The notes: generated by a model from the letters alone, not told the origin. Positions 20,323 through 30,217 are shown, counted from the first letter of the stretch. The stretch is 64,000 nucleotides of DNA from Candidatus Zhuqueibacterota bacterium (GCA_029262055.1 JAJDAD010000034.1:102430-166429), one strand, 5' to 3'. Translations and numbers: made by a program.

Positions 20323-20370
20323 GCCGTGGCAGGCGCACGGCTTGCGGTGTCAGCTCCGTGCTTTTATTTG
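20323..20370 (+). terminator. putative intrinsic terminator region after the SDR gene
   Basis: gcacgg-(15 nt)-ccgtgc hairpin (with an alternative gccgtg/cacggc pairing) followed by TTTTATTTGCTTTT. Confidence 0.35.
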
Positions 20371-20445
20371 CTTTTCTGATGTGAAGCTGCTATCTTCTCT
20401 GATGTCGAAAGTGTTGCTTTTGGTTTCTAACAAGAGGTCTGAAAA

Positions 20446-21348
20446 ATGAATATGTCTTGGCGTATCTTCCTGCTCTCACTGATTGCATTTTCAGTTTTTA
20501 CGGAAGTAGTTGTTGCCGGTGGCAAGCCCAGACTTGCGGTGGTGGAATTCGAAGCCAAAGTACCTAAAGCTAAACGCGAGCTTGGTACGGCGATGACGGA
20601 CCTCCTCATAGACGCCCTGGTCAAAACACGACGATATGCGGTTCTGGAACGTACGGTCATAGACAAAATCCGGCAAGAGCAGGATATGACCCTGTCCGGT
20701 GAAGTTGATGCTGCAACCGGCGCTAAATTTGGCCGCATGATCGGTGCGGAGTTTCTGGTAGTCGGCGCGGTCACCAAGTTCGAGGAAAAGGGTGGAGGTG
20801 GCGTCGGCGGTTTGTTGAGCCGCAAGGTGGCAGGCGGCTTTGGGATGCAGGTCTCTGAAGTCGGGATGACGTTGCGGATCATCAACTCTACCAGCGGTGA
20901 AATAATGGCCTCAGAGAAAGTAAGCCAGAAAGAAAAGGCGATTGGAATCGCGGCCGGAACGAGCATTGGCGGCATTCCGCTTGGCGGTGTGCTCTACAAG
21001 AGCAAAGCCATGCAAACCGCCATTGACAAAGCGATCCAGAAGTCGGTGGCGATCATCGGTGACCGCCTGCCTGAGCCTGATCCCAACGCTCCTGATGTTT
21101 CAGTCATCGAGGTCGAAGTGGCGGGAGTCGATTTTAAGTTGCTGAAGATATTTGCCAAAACCATCAAAGGCCTGGATGATGTCTCCAACGTATCGCGGAC
21201 GTTCAGCGATGGCGTAGCCACGTTCGTTGTGCACTACGAAGGTACGGCCGACGAGCTGGCTGAGGCGATCGATGAAGCGAAGCCGGACGACGTGAACCTG
21301 GAGATCACAGGTTTCTCGGACCGCCGGATAGAGATGGAAGCACAGTAA
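20446..21348 (+). CDS. CsgG-family-like outer-membrane lipoprotein with an extra C-terminal domain
   Basis: Signal peptide. N-terminal region resembles the CsgG family (LAVVEFEAK...TDLLIDALVKTRRYAVLERTVIDKIRQEQ) with a Gly-rich loop. The last ~100 aa are an unrelated small domain. No csgE/F/A/B nearby. Confidence 0.5.
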   Translation: MNMSWRIFLLSLIAFSVFTEVVVAGGKPRLAVVEFEAKVPKAKRELGTAMTDLLIDALVKTRRYAVLERTVIDKIRQEQDMTLSGEVDAATGAKFGRMIGAEFLVVGAVTKFEEKGGGGVGGLLSRKVAGGFGMQVSEVGMTLRIINSTSGEIMASEKVSQKEKAIGIAAGTSIGGIPLGGVLYKSKAMQTAIDKAIQKSVAIIGDRLPEPDPNAPDVSVIEVEVAGVDFKLLKIFAKTIKGLDDVSNVSRTFSDGVATFVVHYEGTADELAEAIDEAKPDDVNLEITGFSDRRIEMEAQ

Positions 21349-21837
21349 GAGCGTTCAGGCAAAGGCGGGAACAGTGTACAGTCCGTCACCTTGCGCTTAG
21401 AATGACCTTACTTGCGACTGAGAAATAAATCACCCCGCGATGTTTTCGAACAGGCACAAGGCCCCCAATTCTTGGATTCTCAATGGACGGAAATCAGCTC
21501 AAGGTTGTTCAGCGGGCGTTGAGAGAAGGCGGATTTGATTCCTGTTTCGGTAGTTTGTTCCATGTTGTCAGCAGCGCGTGCTGCATTCTGACGTTGTTCC
21601 TGCTACACTCGCAGCCCTCCCGTGATTGGCCCAATGCCAACCCGGCAGAAATTCCACCACCCTTGCGCAACGTGACAAGCCACAGGGCACACAGCTCGGG
21701 ATTTACTTTCTTGCCAACCCTAAATACCGTACACGTCAAAATCATACGCATGGCCAGGCTAGGGCCCGAGGCTCTTTCTCTGACACCGGTCGATGCAGAT
21801 ATACGAACAGACAATGAGACAAACATGAGGTTCAATA

Positions 21838-23961
21838 GTGGGCATTAATCTGGACACTATCTTTCGGCCTTCCTCAGTAGCAGTGGTTGGAGCATCTGCA
21901 ACCAAGGGCACGTTGGGGCGCGAGATTTTCGATAAATTGCTGGATACCGATTTCAATGGCCCCGTCTATCCGGTAAATCCCAAAGCCAACTACATTCACT
22001 CGGTAAAAGCTTACACTGATTTAGCCTCTATCCCGGGCGAAGTGGATTTGGCGGTCATTGTCGTCCCAAAACAGTTCGTTCTGCAGGTGGTGAGGGACTG
22101 TGCTGACAAGGGCGTAAAGGGCCTGGTCGTCATCACCGCCGGATTCAAGGAGACAGGGGAGGACGGCGCCCGGCAACAGGCTGCCATGGTAGACATTTTG
22201 CGGGCGCACCAAATGCGCATGGTCGGCCCTAACTGCATGGGGGTGATCAACACGGAGCCGGATATTCGCCTCGATACTACGTTTGCGCCTATTGTTCCCA
22301 TGAACGGAAATGTCGCCCTGGCCTCGCAAAGCGGCGCCCTGGGTCAGACGATCCTCGAGCATGCGCACGAGCGCGACCTTGGCATTTCAATGTTCGTTAG
22401 TGTCGGCAACAAAGCCGATATTTCCGGCAATGATCTGCTCGAGTACTGGCATGACGAACCCACGATTGAAGTGATTCTAATGTATCTGGAGAGCTTTGGT
22501 GACCCCGCGAGGTTCTTCCGGTTGGCAAAAGAAGTGAGTTTAAGAAAGACCATTGTGGTGGTCAAGTCGGGCAGAACATCGTCGGGCGCGCGCGCAGCCA
22601 CATCGCACACGGGCGCGTTGGCCGGCACTGATACGGCTTACGACGCTCTGTTTAAACAATGTGGTGTCGTTCGCGCGGATACGATAAACCAGATGTTTGA
22701 TTTCGCCATGGGGTTTTCCAACCTACCGCTGCCGGCTGGCCGGCGCGTGGCCATCATCACAAACGCCGGCGGCCCCGGAATTATGGCCGCCGATGCCTGT
22801 GAGAATCACCATCTGGAGGTCATCGAGTTGGGCCAGAAGACCAGACAGGCACTGCGCGAGCGGCTGGTGCAGGATGCGTCGGTTGAGAACCCGGTCGACC
22901 TGCTTGCCGGCGCCCAGCCCGAGGAATTCCAGGTGGCGTTGGACCTGGTTCTGCATGATCCGGCGGTCGATGCAGTGATCGTCATTTTCGTTGCGCCTGT
23001 GATCACAAGTCCACCAGACGTCGCTTCCAAGATAGCGAAAGCCGCTGCTGGTTTTAACAAACCAGTGCTGGGTTGCTTCATGGGAGTACAAGGGGTAGCT
23101 ACCGGCATTGAGGAGTTACACCGGCACCGCATCCCGGCGTTCGCTTTTCCTGAATCAGCCGCACGAACGCTGGCAGCAATGGTTGACTATAAGCGGTGGC
23201 TGAGTACGGCCGCGAGCCCTGTTCCCAAAATAGACTGTAACAAGGAGCAGGCGTTGCAAGCAATCGCCGGGGCGCAAGCCGCAGGCCGCCAGCTCTTAAC
23301 CCTGGCGGAGTGTTTGCGGGTTTTGCAGGCTTACCAAGTCCCCTTTGTGAAAACAGCCATTGTAGACACCCTGGACAGTCTGTTGGCTGCCGCGGAGGAA
23401 ATGGACTTTCCTCTGGTCTTGAAATGCACCGGCGAAAAGATCGTACACAAATCCGAGTTTGGCGCCGTCAAATTGAATATTACTGACACGGAGGAACTGC
23501 GGGCAGCGCATGCAGAGCTCCTGGCCTCTCTGGGCCGGCACAACATCAAGCCGGCGGCAGTTTCTCTTGTCTTGCAAGAGATGCTGTCGGGCGGGAAGGA
23601 AGTTGTGAGCGGTGTGAGTCGGAACAGCGACCTCGGGCCTCTCGTTATGTTTGGCTTGGGTGGCATCTATGTCGAGTTCCTGAAGGATGTCACTTTCAGA
23701 CTGGCGCCGCTGACTGATTGCGATGCCAGTAACATGATGCAGGAAATACGTTCCTATCCCATCCTTCAGGGCGTTCGCGGCGAGGCGCCGGTGGCTGTTG
23801 ATTTTGCACGCGATGTTCTCCTGAAGCTCTCCCAGCTAAGTTTGGATCTGCCCCAGATTGAGGAAATAGATCTCAATCCAATAGTACTCTACCCGGAGCC
23901 AAGTCGCTGTGCTGCAGTAGATGTGCGAATCGCGATCAGATCCGAATCCGTCGCCAGTTGA
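21838..23961 (+). CDS. ADP-forming acetyl/acyl-CoA synthetase (fused alpha-beta, NDP-forming acyl-CoA ligase family)
   Basis: N-terminal CoA-binding domain (VAVVGASATKG), a succinyl-CoA-synthetase-like ligase-CoA domain and a C-terminal ATP-grasp; 707 aa as for fused ACD enzymes; GTG start. Confidence 0.8.
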   Translation: MGINLDTIFRPSSVAVVGASATKGTLGREIFDKLLDTDFNGPVYPVNPKANYIHSVKAYTDLASIPGEVDLAVIVVPKQFVLQVVRDCADKGVKGLVVITAGFKETGEDGARQQAAMVDILRAHQMRMVGPNCMGVINTEPDIRLDTTFAPIVPMNGNVALASQSGALGQTILEHAHERDLGISMFVSVGNKADISGNDLLEYWHDEPTIEVILMYLESFGDPARFFRLAKEVSLRKTIVVVKSGRTSSGARAATSHTGALAGTDTAYDALFKQCGVVRADTINQMFDFAMGFSNLPLPAGRRVAIITNAGGPGIMAADACENHHLEVIELGQKTRQALRERLVQDASVENPVDLLAGAQPEEFQVALDLVLHDPAVDAVIVIFVAPVITSPPDVASKIAKAAAGFNKPVLGCFMGVQGVATGIEELHRHRIPAFAFPESAARTLAAMVDYKRWLSTAASPVPKIDCNKEQALQAIAGAQAAGRQLLTLAECLRVLQAYQVPFVKTAIVDTLDSLLAAAEEMDFPLVLKCTGEKIVHKSEFGAVKLNITDTEELRAAHAELLASLGRHNIKPAAVSLVLQEMLSGGKEVVSGVSRNSDLGPLVMFGLGGIYVEFLKDVTFRLAPLTDCDASNMMQEIRSYPILQGVRGEAPVAVDFARDVLLKLSQLSLDLPQIEEIDLNPIVLYPEPSRCAAVDVRIAIRSESVAS

Positions 23962-23982
23962 GGTAGAAAAGGCCGTGCCGCG

Positions 23983-24651
23983 ATGTGCTGCCTTCCGGAG
24001 ATTTTCAAAAGAACTAATCCGGCGTTTACATTCTTCCCGTTCGCAACATCAATAGAAAACAAGGAATTCGTGGCCACCATCAATCTTTTCCCGGAAAACG
24101 CGCTGCTGTCCCGCATAAGGGCGAACGACCGCACCGTTCTCGGTGAGCTGTTTGCCCGCTACCGCAGACTTGTCACGAGTCATGTGAAAGCGAACGGCGG
24201 GAACCAAGCAGACGCAGACGACATGCTGCAGGAGGCGATCATTCTCTTGTGGCAGAAGGTCTGTAGCGCAGAGTTCGAGTTGACCTCGAAGCTGGGGACA
24301 TTTTTGTTGGGCGTCGTGAAGAACAAATGGCGGGCCGAGCGCCGCAAACGGTCGCGCATGGTATATGACGGCCTGCCTGCGGATACTCCTGAGTCCGGGC
24401 CGACCATGCTCGACCAGGTCATTTCTGAAGAAAAGAGCAGAGCAATCCAGCGGGCGATGACACGACTGGGATCGCCTTGTAAAGAACTTTTGACCATGTT
24501 CTACTTTGAACAACGCGATACGCGCAGCATCGCCAAAGTGCTTGGCTTTGCCAATGCTAACGTCGTGAAAACCAAAAAATACCAGTGCAAAAAGAGGCTA
24601 GGGGATATCTTGTCAAGCAGGTTGATTAAAGCGCGGGAGACACCCGAATGA
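23983..24651 (+). CDS. ECF-type RNA polymerase sigma-70 factor
   Basis: Region 2 (RTVLGELFARYRRLV...DMLQEAIILLWQ) and a region 4 HTH (CKELLTMFYFEQRDTRSIAKVLGFANANVVKTKKYQCKKRL). The first ~30 aa look non-sigma; an in-frame GTG at 24070 preceded by AAGGA is a plausible true start. Confidence 0.8.
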   Translation: MCCLPEIFKRTNPAFTFFPFATSIENKEFVATINLFPENALLSRIRANDRTVLGELFARYRRLVTSHVKANGGNQADADDMLQEAIILLWQKVCSAEFELTSKLGTFLLGVVKNKWRAERRKRSRMVYDGLPADTPESGPTMLDQVISEEKSRAIQRAMTRLGSPCKELLTMFYFEQRDTRSIAKVLGFANANVVKTKKYQCKKRLGDILSSRLIKARETPE

Positions 24652-25742
24652 GTTGTCGAAAATACACTGAGAATGATTTTGCTGAAGACTATCTTTTGGG
24701 AAAGCTGGGCCCGCAGACGAAGCAGGCGTACGAGCTGCACCTGAGTAATTGCCCGGATTGCCGCGCACGCCTGGAAAAGGAGACTGAACTTGTGGCGGCG
24801 TTTCGTGCGTTTGGACACGCAGAGATGAAGCGCGAGATAGCGCAGCAAGCCGAAGAGCAGCGTGCCGGTTCGGGCGCCTTTAGCTGGCAGGTGCTAACCC
24901 GGGCCGCCGCAGCGCTGGTGATTCTGCTACTTGGGCCGGGTCTGCTGCACCTATATTTTGATGAGGCGCAGGTGGTCGAAGTTAATTCTGTTACGCCGCA
25001 AAGGCCCGTCGCCATATCTGAAGATGAGCTGCCGGCAGATGCATTGTCCGTTGACGTGGCCGGGCCGGGCGTGGATTCCGACAGGCTACCCGCAACCCGG
25101 TCGGCGACAGTGGATGCACAGAAAAGGCCTGAGCGCCGGGCGAAAGACCTGCCCGGGTCAATGTCTGCTTCGGAACCCAGTGCAGTTCGAGAGGAGAAAA
25201 TGATGCTGAAGAAGGATGCCAAAACCGACCGTCGTGGACACACCAGCAGGGAATCGCTGAGCCTGTTTGAACTTGCCGGTACCGAGACCGAGACCGACAG
25301 GGCCGATTCAGACATGAAAATAGCTGAAAAGGCGTCTCTTCCTCCGGAACCCAGCAGGCTGGATGCTGCAGAGTCATCCGTGTTGTCCGGGATGCTGCGC
25401 AGTGCATCCACCGAATCGACCGTGATGGATTTCCAGGTTGGAAACACAAGTGTGGAAATTTATTTCAACCGGCAGGGCGGTCCGCCCGGGCTCCGCCAAA
25501 AGAGCAAGAGCGTGGCATTACCCGATTCGTTCGTGGTGCAAGTGCTCTCAGCAACCTCGGGTAAGATACTTTTGTCATTGGATGTCCCACGGGCCTTTCC
25601 CATTTTGGACCAGGAAACGGTCACAGTCACGCGGCCTGTCCCAAGCGTTCTGCGCCTGCAAATCGGGACAGAATTCTATAGAATTGAACTTCGAGATACG
25701 GCTCCCTTTACAACTTCTGCGATGAAGGAAGAACGGAAATAA
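24648..25742 (+). CDS. anti-sigma factor, zinc-finger type with a single TM helix and a long periplasmic/outer domain
   Basis: Overlaps the sigma gene by 4 nt (ATGA). N-terminal HLSNCPDCRARLEKE putative zinc-finger motif, hydrophobic helix AAAALVILLLGPGLL, low-complexity Ala/Ser/Glu-rich C-terminal region. Confidence 0.65.
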   Translation: MSCRKYTENDFAEDYLLGKLGPQTKQAYELHLSNCPDCRARLEKETELVAAFRAFGHAEMKREIAQQAEEQRAGSGAFSWQVLTRAAAALVILLLGPGLLHLYFDEAQVVEVNSVTPQRPVAISEDELPADALSVDVAGPGVDSDRLPATRSATVDAQKRPERRAKDLPGSMSASEPSAVREEKMMLKKDAKTDRRGHTSRESLSLFELAGTETETDRADSDMKIAEKASLPPEPSRLDAAESSVLSGMLRSASTESTVMDFQVGNTSVEIYFNRQGGPPGLRQKSKSVALPDSFVVQVLSATSGKILLSLDVPRAFPILDQETVTVTRPVPSVLRLQIGTEFYRIELRDTAPFTTSAMKEERK

Positions 25743-25744
25743 CA

Positions 25745-25774
25745 AAGCCGCCACCCAAATGGGTAGCGGCTTTT
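25745..25774 (+). terminator. putative terminator hairpin after the anti-sigma gene
   Basis: aagccgc-(14 nt, internally paired)-gcggctt stem starting 3 nt after the stop codon, followed by a short T run. Confidence 0.35.
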
Positions 25775-25903
25775 ACGAGGGAGGAAAGAAATGAAATTCT
25801 TTATGGGTCGTATGTTGTTTTGACTACTTTTATGTGCAATCATTGTCGCTTGCACACACTATTAGAATCGGCTGCAAACGGGTTTTCCTTTACCAGAAAA
25901 AGA

Positions 25904-25932
25904 TTGACAACCAAACAAAAATATGTTACATT
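25904..25932 (+). promoter_or_regulatory. candidate sigma70-type promoter (TTGACA-17-TACATT) upstream of the STAS gene
   Basis: Perfect -35 hexamer and a 17-nt spacer to a 4/6 -10 hexamer, ~60 nt upstream of the ATG at 25990. Confidence 0.3.
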
Positions 25933-25989
25933 TGCTCAAAATTTCCCCATGATAGCGAGTAAGTTGGTCATTTTTAGGAGGATTCCGTT

Positions 25990-26328
25990 ATGCAAATAAA
26001 CGAGCACCGCGAGGGCGATGTAGCAGTTATTGCGCTGAAAGGCAAGTTGATGGGCGGGCCGGAGACACAGGCTGTCCATGAAAAGATCAAGGAACTCGCG
26101 GAAAACCAGGTCCAGAAAGTTGTGATCGACCTGGGGAAAGTCAAGTGGATGAATAGCTCCGGCCTGGGCGCCATCATGGGATCTCTCACCACTATGAAAT
26201 CCTCGGGCGGCGACCTGAAGCTCGCCAATGTAACTGACAAAGTAAAGAGCCTGTTCATGATCACGAAGCTAGTGACCCTGTTCGACACTCACGAAAGCGT
26301 TGAAGAGGCCGTCGGCAGTTTCAGTTAA
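25990..26328 (+). CDS. STAS-domain anti-sigma-factor antagonist (SpoIIAA-like)
   Basis: 112 aa; STAS layout with the conserved phosphorylatable-Ser context 'KWMNSSGLGAIMG'. Confidence 0.8.
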   Translation: MQINEHREGDVAVIALKGKLMGGPETQAVHEKIKELAENQVQKVVIDLGKVKWMNSSGLGAIMGSLTTMKSSGGDLKLANVTDKVKSLFMITKLVTLFDTHESVEEAVGSFS

Positions 26329-26389
26329 TCCACTCATTTTGTTTCTCCACAGTCCAGGCACATTCGATTAAACTTTCACGGAAAAGGGG

Positions 26390-28057
26390 ATGTCAATGCA
26401 AAAGCGCATACTAAGCGTGAGCTTGTCCGTGACCGCCTTAATACACCTGTTAGCAGGTAGTGCTGTCACTCAGCAGGCTAATCTAAGCCGGGACCTTGAG
26501 CCAGTCATCGTCATGGGAGTGGACCTCAGCGGACTGGACGGCGTTCCGCTGGCGGAGTTGTTTCTGTACAAATATGATAGCGCCGCCGGCTGGCAACAAA
26601 TTCCTTTTCAAATAGATGAAAAAGGGTCAATCGATGGCGGGGCGCCTGACTACTTCGTGCCTGATGACGGGCTTCTGGACGCCGATGACGAGCTTTCATT
26701 CATGGCAAAAGACGGGGGAGACCTCGCAGCAAACAGTTGGATCGAAGATCCCGCTTCACAGACCTTTGGCCGGTACCAAATAGAAGTATCTAACCCTTTG
26801 GCGGCAGGCGAGGCCAACTGGGTCTATCTTTACCGCTCATCTTCACTGACAACAGATCCGAATCTCGCAGACTATATTTCGTGGTCACCTTCGGCGAATC
26901 CCGCAAGTCCGGGCCAGGACCGGATCAGCAGCCAATTCTACGAGATAGGACATGGCGAAAATGGTTTCCCGAACGACCTGCTTATCACGCAGGCCGGCGG
27001 TGGCAACGGGCAAGACATAATGGATCGCCTCAAGTTCAGGGCGACCATCCCCTTTCTTGGCTCCAGCTTGCCACTAGATGAAGATGACATCCAATTCCTT
27101 GCGAGTGAAAATGATTCCCTCCGCATCATAGACGGTAAAATACGTATCATACGAGAACTCAACGCTTCCATTAATTTCCTGGGCGCCCTCCCGTTCAGTT
27201 CCCCGCCATTGTTCTACTATCCATACTCGCTGGAGTTTGATGTCAGGGTTCCCACGGTTGCCGGTCTTCTGACTTCTTTGAATAGTGGCCGAGTCTCCCT
27301 GGATCTGAACAGCAATGCGTCGGGCATGAACCTGGTCAGCGCCAACAATTCTGTCCCGGGTTTCACTGTCGATGGCACTGCGGATCCAGTTGATCGGACC
27401 GTAGATAATGTCTTACCTGGCGGCAACTGGTTCTACCTGAATGGCCCACAAGGTACGGTGGTTCACCTCTTTCCGCTTGGCACAAATGTCGGTGATACGC
27501 GTCTGCTCTATTACGAAGACAGCAACCCGACACCCGGCTCGGATGATACCGGCGACGGCCAGTCTTTCGGAGATACCGGGATCGACATTATTGGGAATAT
27601 TGCCCTGCCGCTGACCATGGGGTATCGTGGCTACTTTTTGGATAGCAATCGTTCCAGCCAGGTTGGCGCAGAAATCGCGTCGTATGAAGCGAACAAGCTC
27701 GTTACCGCTGCCAGCAACCAGAGCTTCGGCGATGTCACGTCTGTCCGGGAGACCGGTGGCACTGAATTGCCTAAATCTTTCACCCTGTTTCAGAACCATC
27801 CGAATCCGTTCAATCCATCTACCGAAATCCGCTATTCGATCGATCGTACTTTCAAGGGCGCTGTCATTCTGAAGATCTATAATCTGCTCGGGTATGAACT
27901 GAAGACCCTGGTAAACGAACCGCAAACCCGGGGGAGTTACGAGGTACGTTGGGACGGCAGCGATAGCAAGGGCAGACAAGTCGGCTCTGGTGTTTACATC
28001 TACCGTCTGCAAGCCGGCGACTTGCTCGAGTCGCGCAAAATGTTGCTCATCAGATAG
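26390..28057 (+). CDS. secreted protein of unknown function with a C-terminal T9SS sorting domain (Por secretion tail)
   Basis: N-terminal signal peptide. C-terminal ~80 aa 'FQNHPNPFNPSTEIRYSI...VYIYRLQAGDLLESRKMLLIR' match the type-A T9SS CTD. The N-terminal ~450 aa are paralogous to the next ORF. Confidence 0.8.
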   Translation: MSMQKRILSVSLSVTALIHLLAGSAVTQQANLSRDLEPVIVMGVDLSGLDGVPLAELFLYKYDSAAGWQQIPFQIDEKGSIDGGAPDYFVPDDGLLDADDELSFMAKDGGDLAANSWIEDPASQTFGRYQIEVSNPLAAGEANWVYLYRSSSLTTDPNLADYISWSPSANPASPGQDRISSQFYEIGHGENGFPNDLLITQAGGGNGQDIMDRLKFRATIPFLGSSLPLDEDDIQFLASENDSLRIIDGKIRIIRELNASINFLGALPFSSPPLFYYPYSLEFDVRVPTVAGLLTSLNSGRVSLDLNSNASGMNLVSANNSVPGFTVDGTADPVDRTVDNVLPGGNWFYLNGPQGTVVHLFPLGTNVGDTRLLYYEDSNPTPGSDDTGDGQSFGDTGIDIIGNIALPLTMGYRGYFLDSNRSSQVGAEIASYEANKLVTAASNQSFGDVTSVRETGGTELPKSFTLFQNHPNPFNPSTEIRYSIDRTFKGAVILKIYNLLGYELKTLVNEPQTRGSYEVRWDGSDSKGRQVGSGVYIYRLQAGDLLESRKMLLIR

Positions 28058-28140
28058 CGTTACTAACAACCACATAAGTTTCCCGATAGGCTTTTGCGCC
28101 TACTGCTACAACACCTGCTCGGGGCAAAAGGAGGAGGAGA

Positions 28141-30060
28141 ATGCTTAGATGTTTTCCTGCACCGAGGCTTGTTGTATTACTCTTGCTAGGGTTGCTGGCA
28201 TCAAAAGCCTTTGCTGAGAACTTTGACCGCAACTTGGAGCCGGTGGTCGTTTCCGGGGACGCTTTTTCTTTCCTGGCAGAGCATCCGGTCTCCGCGTTGT
28301 TCTTGTACGCTTTTCGGGCCGAAAGTCAGACCTGGCAGCAGATACCTTTTCAAATTGATGAGAGGGATGCCAGCGGGAGTTTTTTCAATGCCGGCGGAGA
28401 CGAGACGTTGGGCCTGGACGCAAACGACGATTTGGTTTTCATGACAAAAGACGGAGGCAGCAAGAACGACTTCTCTTGGATTGCAGACCTGGACTCACGC
28501 AATTTCGTTCGTTACGAGATTGGTGTAAAGGACCCACTGAGCGGCGGGGTGGTTTTTGCCTACCTGTACGCCTCCAATCAACTGCTACCGGATCCAAATC
28601 TCACGGATTATGTGACATATAACCCGGCTCCGTCGGGGAGCCCCGGAGAGGATGGCGTGGCTTCAATTTTTTATGATATGCAACACGGCGCCAACGGTTT
28701 GCCCGAGGACATCAGTGTTACTGCCCTGGGTGGCGGCAGCGCCGTGGACCTTCTCGACCGGCTTAAGTTCAGGGCCGGGGCGTCTCTCATCATCAATGTA
28801 AACGTCACTGAGGATGCTCTCCGGTTTGAGGACGGCGACTTTGTCAGGGCGCGCGATGGTATGATCAGGGTCATCCGCGAAGTGAAAGCAACCATGAACA
28901 TCCGACTTGGCTTTTTTGGCAGCTTAAATGTGGACATGCCGATTATGCCGACCGTATTCTATCCCTACTCCAGCTCTTTGAGCATTCGCATACCTGAAAT
29001 CGGCAGCGCCTCCGTGTCCGACGGCCGGATCTCACTGGATCTTAACTCAAGCGCAAACGGTATGAAATTCGTCAGCGCCAACAACCCGGAACCGGGGTTC
29101 GCGATCGACGGTCAGCCGGACGAACACGTGCGTGAAGTGGATAGCGTGCTGCCCTCAGGTAATTGGATTCACACGGGCGGAACCGCAGGCACGATTGTCA
29201 GCCTTTTCCCGATAGAGCTAACGGTCGGCGGCCGGCGGGAATTCTACTACAAAGATGATTCGGGCAACGATGGCGACGATACCGGCGATGGTCGAAGTTT
29301 CGCGGACGCCGGCATTTCAATGCTAGATGGTGTGGCGACGCCATTCACAATCGGGTACAAGGGCTATTATCTTGCCCGGGATCTGCCGAGTACAACCAGC
29401 AGCGATATTGCATCTTTTGAAGCGAATCCGTTCCAACTTACCGTGATTCCTGAAGATTTTGCCACAGTGCCGGTAGAACTGGTGAGTTTCTCCAGTCAGG
29501 TTCTCGATGAAGAAATTTTGCTAACCTGGGACACTGCCACAGAAAGCAACAACCTGGGCTTTGAAGTCGAGCGCAGGTTCGCAGAAGCGGAAGCGTGGCA
29601 GAACCTGGGGTTTGTCCGCGGGAAAGGGACTACCAGCGTGCCGCAGGCGTACGAGTTTGCCGACCGCGATCTCAGCGCGGGACTGCGGGAATACCGGCTA
29701 AAACAAATTGACACTGACGGGAGCTTCGAATACTCAAATATGATCCAGGTGACGGTTACCAGACCGGTGGTATTCGCACTGCATCAGAATTTCCCTAATC
29801 CCTTCAATCCTGCGACGATCATTAATTTCGAGGTGTCAGACAAGGCGGGTTCGCAGGCAATCCAGACGTCTTTGACTGTATTTGATGTTCTTGGCCGTGA
29901 GGTTGCCGGTTTATTGAATGACAGCTTGCCCGCCGGCACGCACTCGGTTATCTGGGATGGTACTGGAAGTGACGGACTACCGGCCGCTTCCGGACTGTAC
30001 ATATATCGTTTGCAGTCAGGGAATTCCGTGCAAACCCGGAAAATGCTGCTTTTGCGTTAG
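28141..30060 (+). CDS. secreted protein, paralogue of 26390-28057, with an extra Ig/FN3-like module and a T9SS C-terminal sorting domain
   Basis: Signal peptide. Shared blocks with the upstream ORF (LEPVVV..., WQQIPFQIDE, DRLKFRA, RISLDLNS, VSANN..PGF, DDTGDG.SF). Extra module VELVSFSS...LTWDTATESNNLGFEVERR...YRLKQIDTDGSFEYS. CTD LHQNFPNPFNPATIINFEV...LYIYRLQSGNSVQTRKMLLLR. Confidence 0.8.
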   Translation: MLRCFPAPRLVVLLLLGLLASKAFAENFDRNLEPVVVSGDAFSFLAEHPVSALFLYAFRAESQTWQQIPFQIDERDASGSFFNAGGDETLGLDANDDLVFMTKDGGSKNDFSWIADLDSRNFVRYEIGVKDPLSGGVVFAYLYASNQLLPDPNLTDYVTYNPAPSGSPGEDGVASIFYDMQHGANGLPEDISVTALGGGSAVDLLDRLKFRAGASLIINVNVTEDALRFEDGDFVRARDGMIRVIREVKATMNIRLGFFGSLNVDMPIMPTVFYPYSSSLSIRIPEIGSASVSDGRISLDLNSSANGMKFVSANNPEPGFAIDGQPDEHVREVDSVLPSGNWIHTGGTAGTIVSLFPIELTVGGRREFYYKDDSGNDGDDTGDGRSFADAGISMLDGVATPFTIGYKGYYLARDLPSTTSSDIASFEANPFQLTVIPEDFATVPVELVSFSSQVLDEEILLTWDTATESNNLGFEVERRFAEAEAWQNLGFVRGKGTTSVPQAYEFADRDLSAGLREYRLKQIDTDGSFEYSNMIQVTVTRPVVFALHQNFPNPFNPATIINFEVSDKAGSQAIQTSLTVFDVLGREVAGLLNDSLPAGTHSVIWDGTGSDGLPAASGLYIYRLQSGNSVQTRKMLLLR

Positions 30061-30177
30061 GATGATCGGTGTGTTCATGTTAGCCTGCATAATTCATAAA
30101 TCACCTAATCATCCTGGAAGGATCTTCTCCGACAAAGTTTGTGCTTATCGAACGTCACTGGGCTTTATGGTGCCAGA

Positions 30178-30217
30178 GAGATTAACCCCGATTTCCCGCG
30201 AGTTCATGAATTATTCA
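30178..30217 (+). repeat. 40-bp intergenic direct repeat, copy 1 (gagattaacc...agttcatgaattattca)
   Basis: 34/40 identical to the copy at 30417-30456; immediately followed by three tandem NNCACGAAG 9-mers. Confidence 0.6.
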
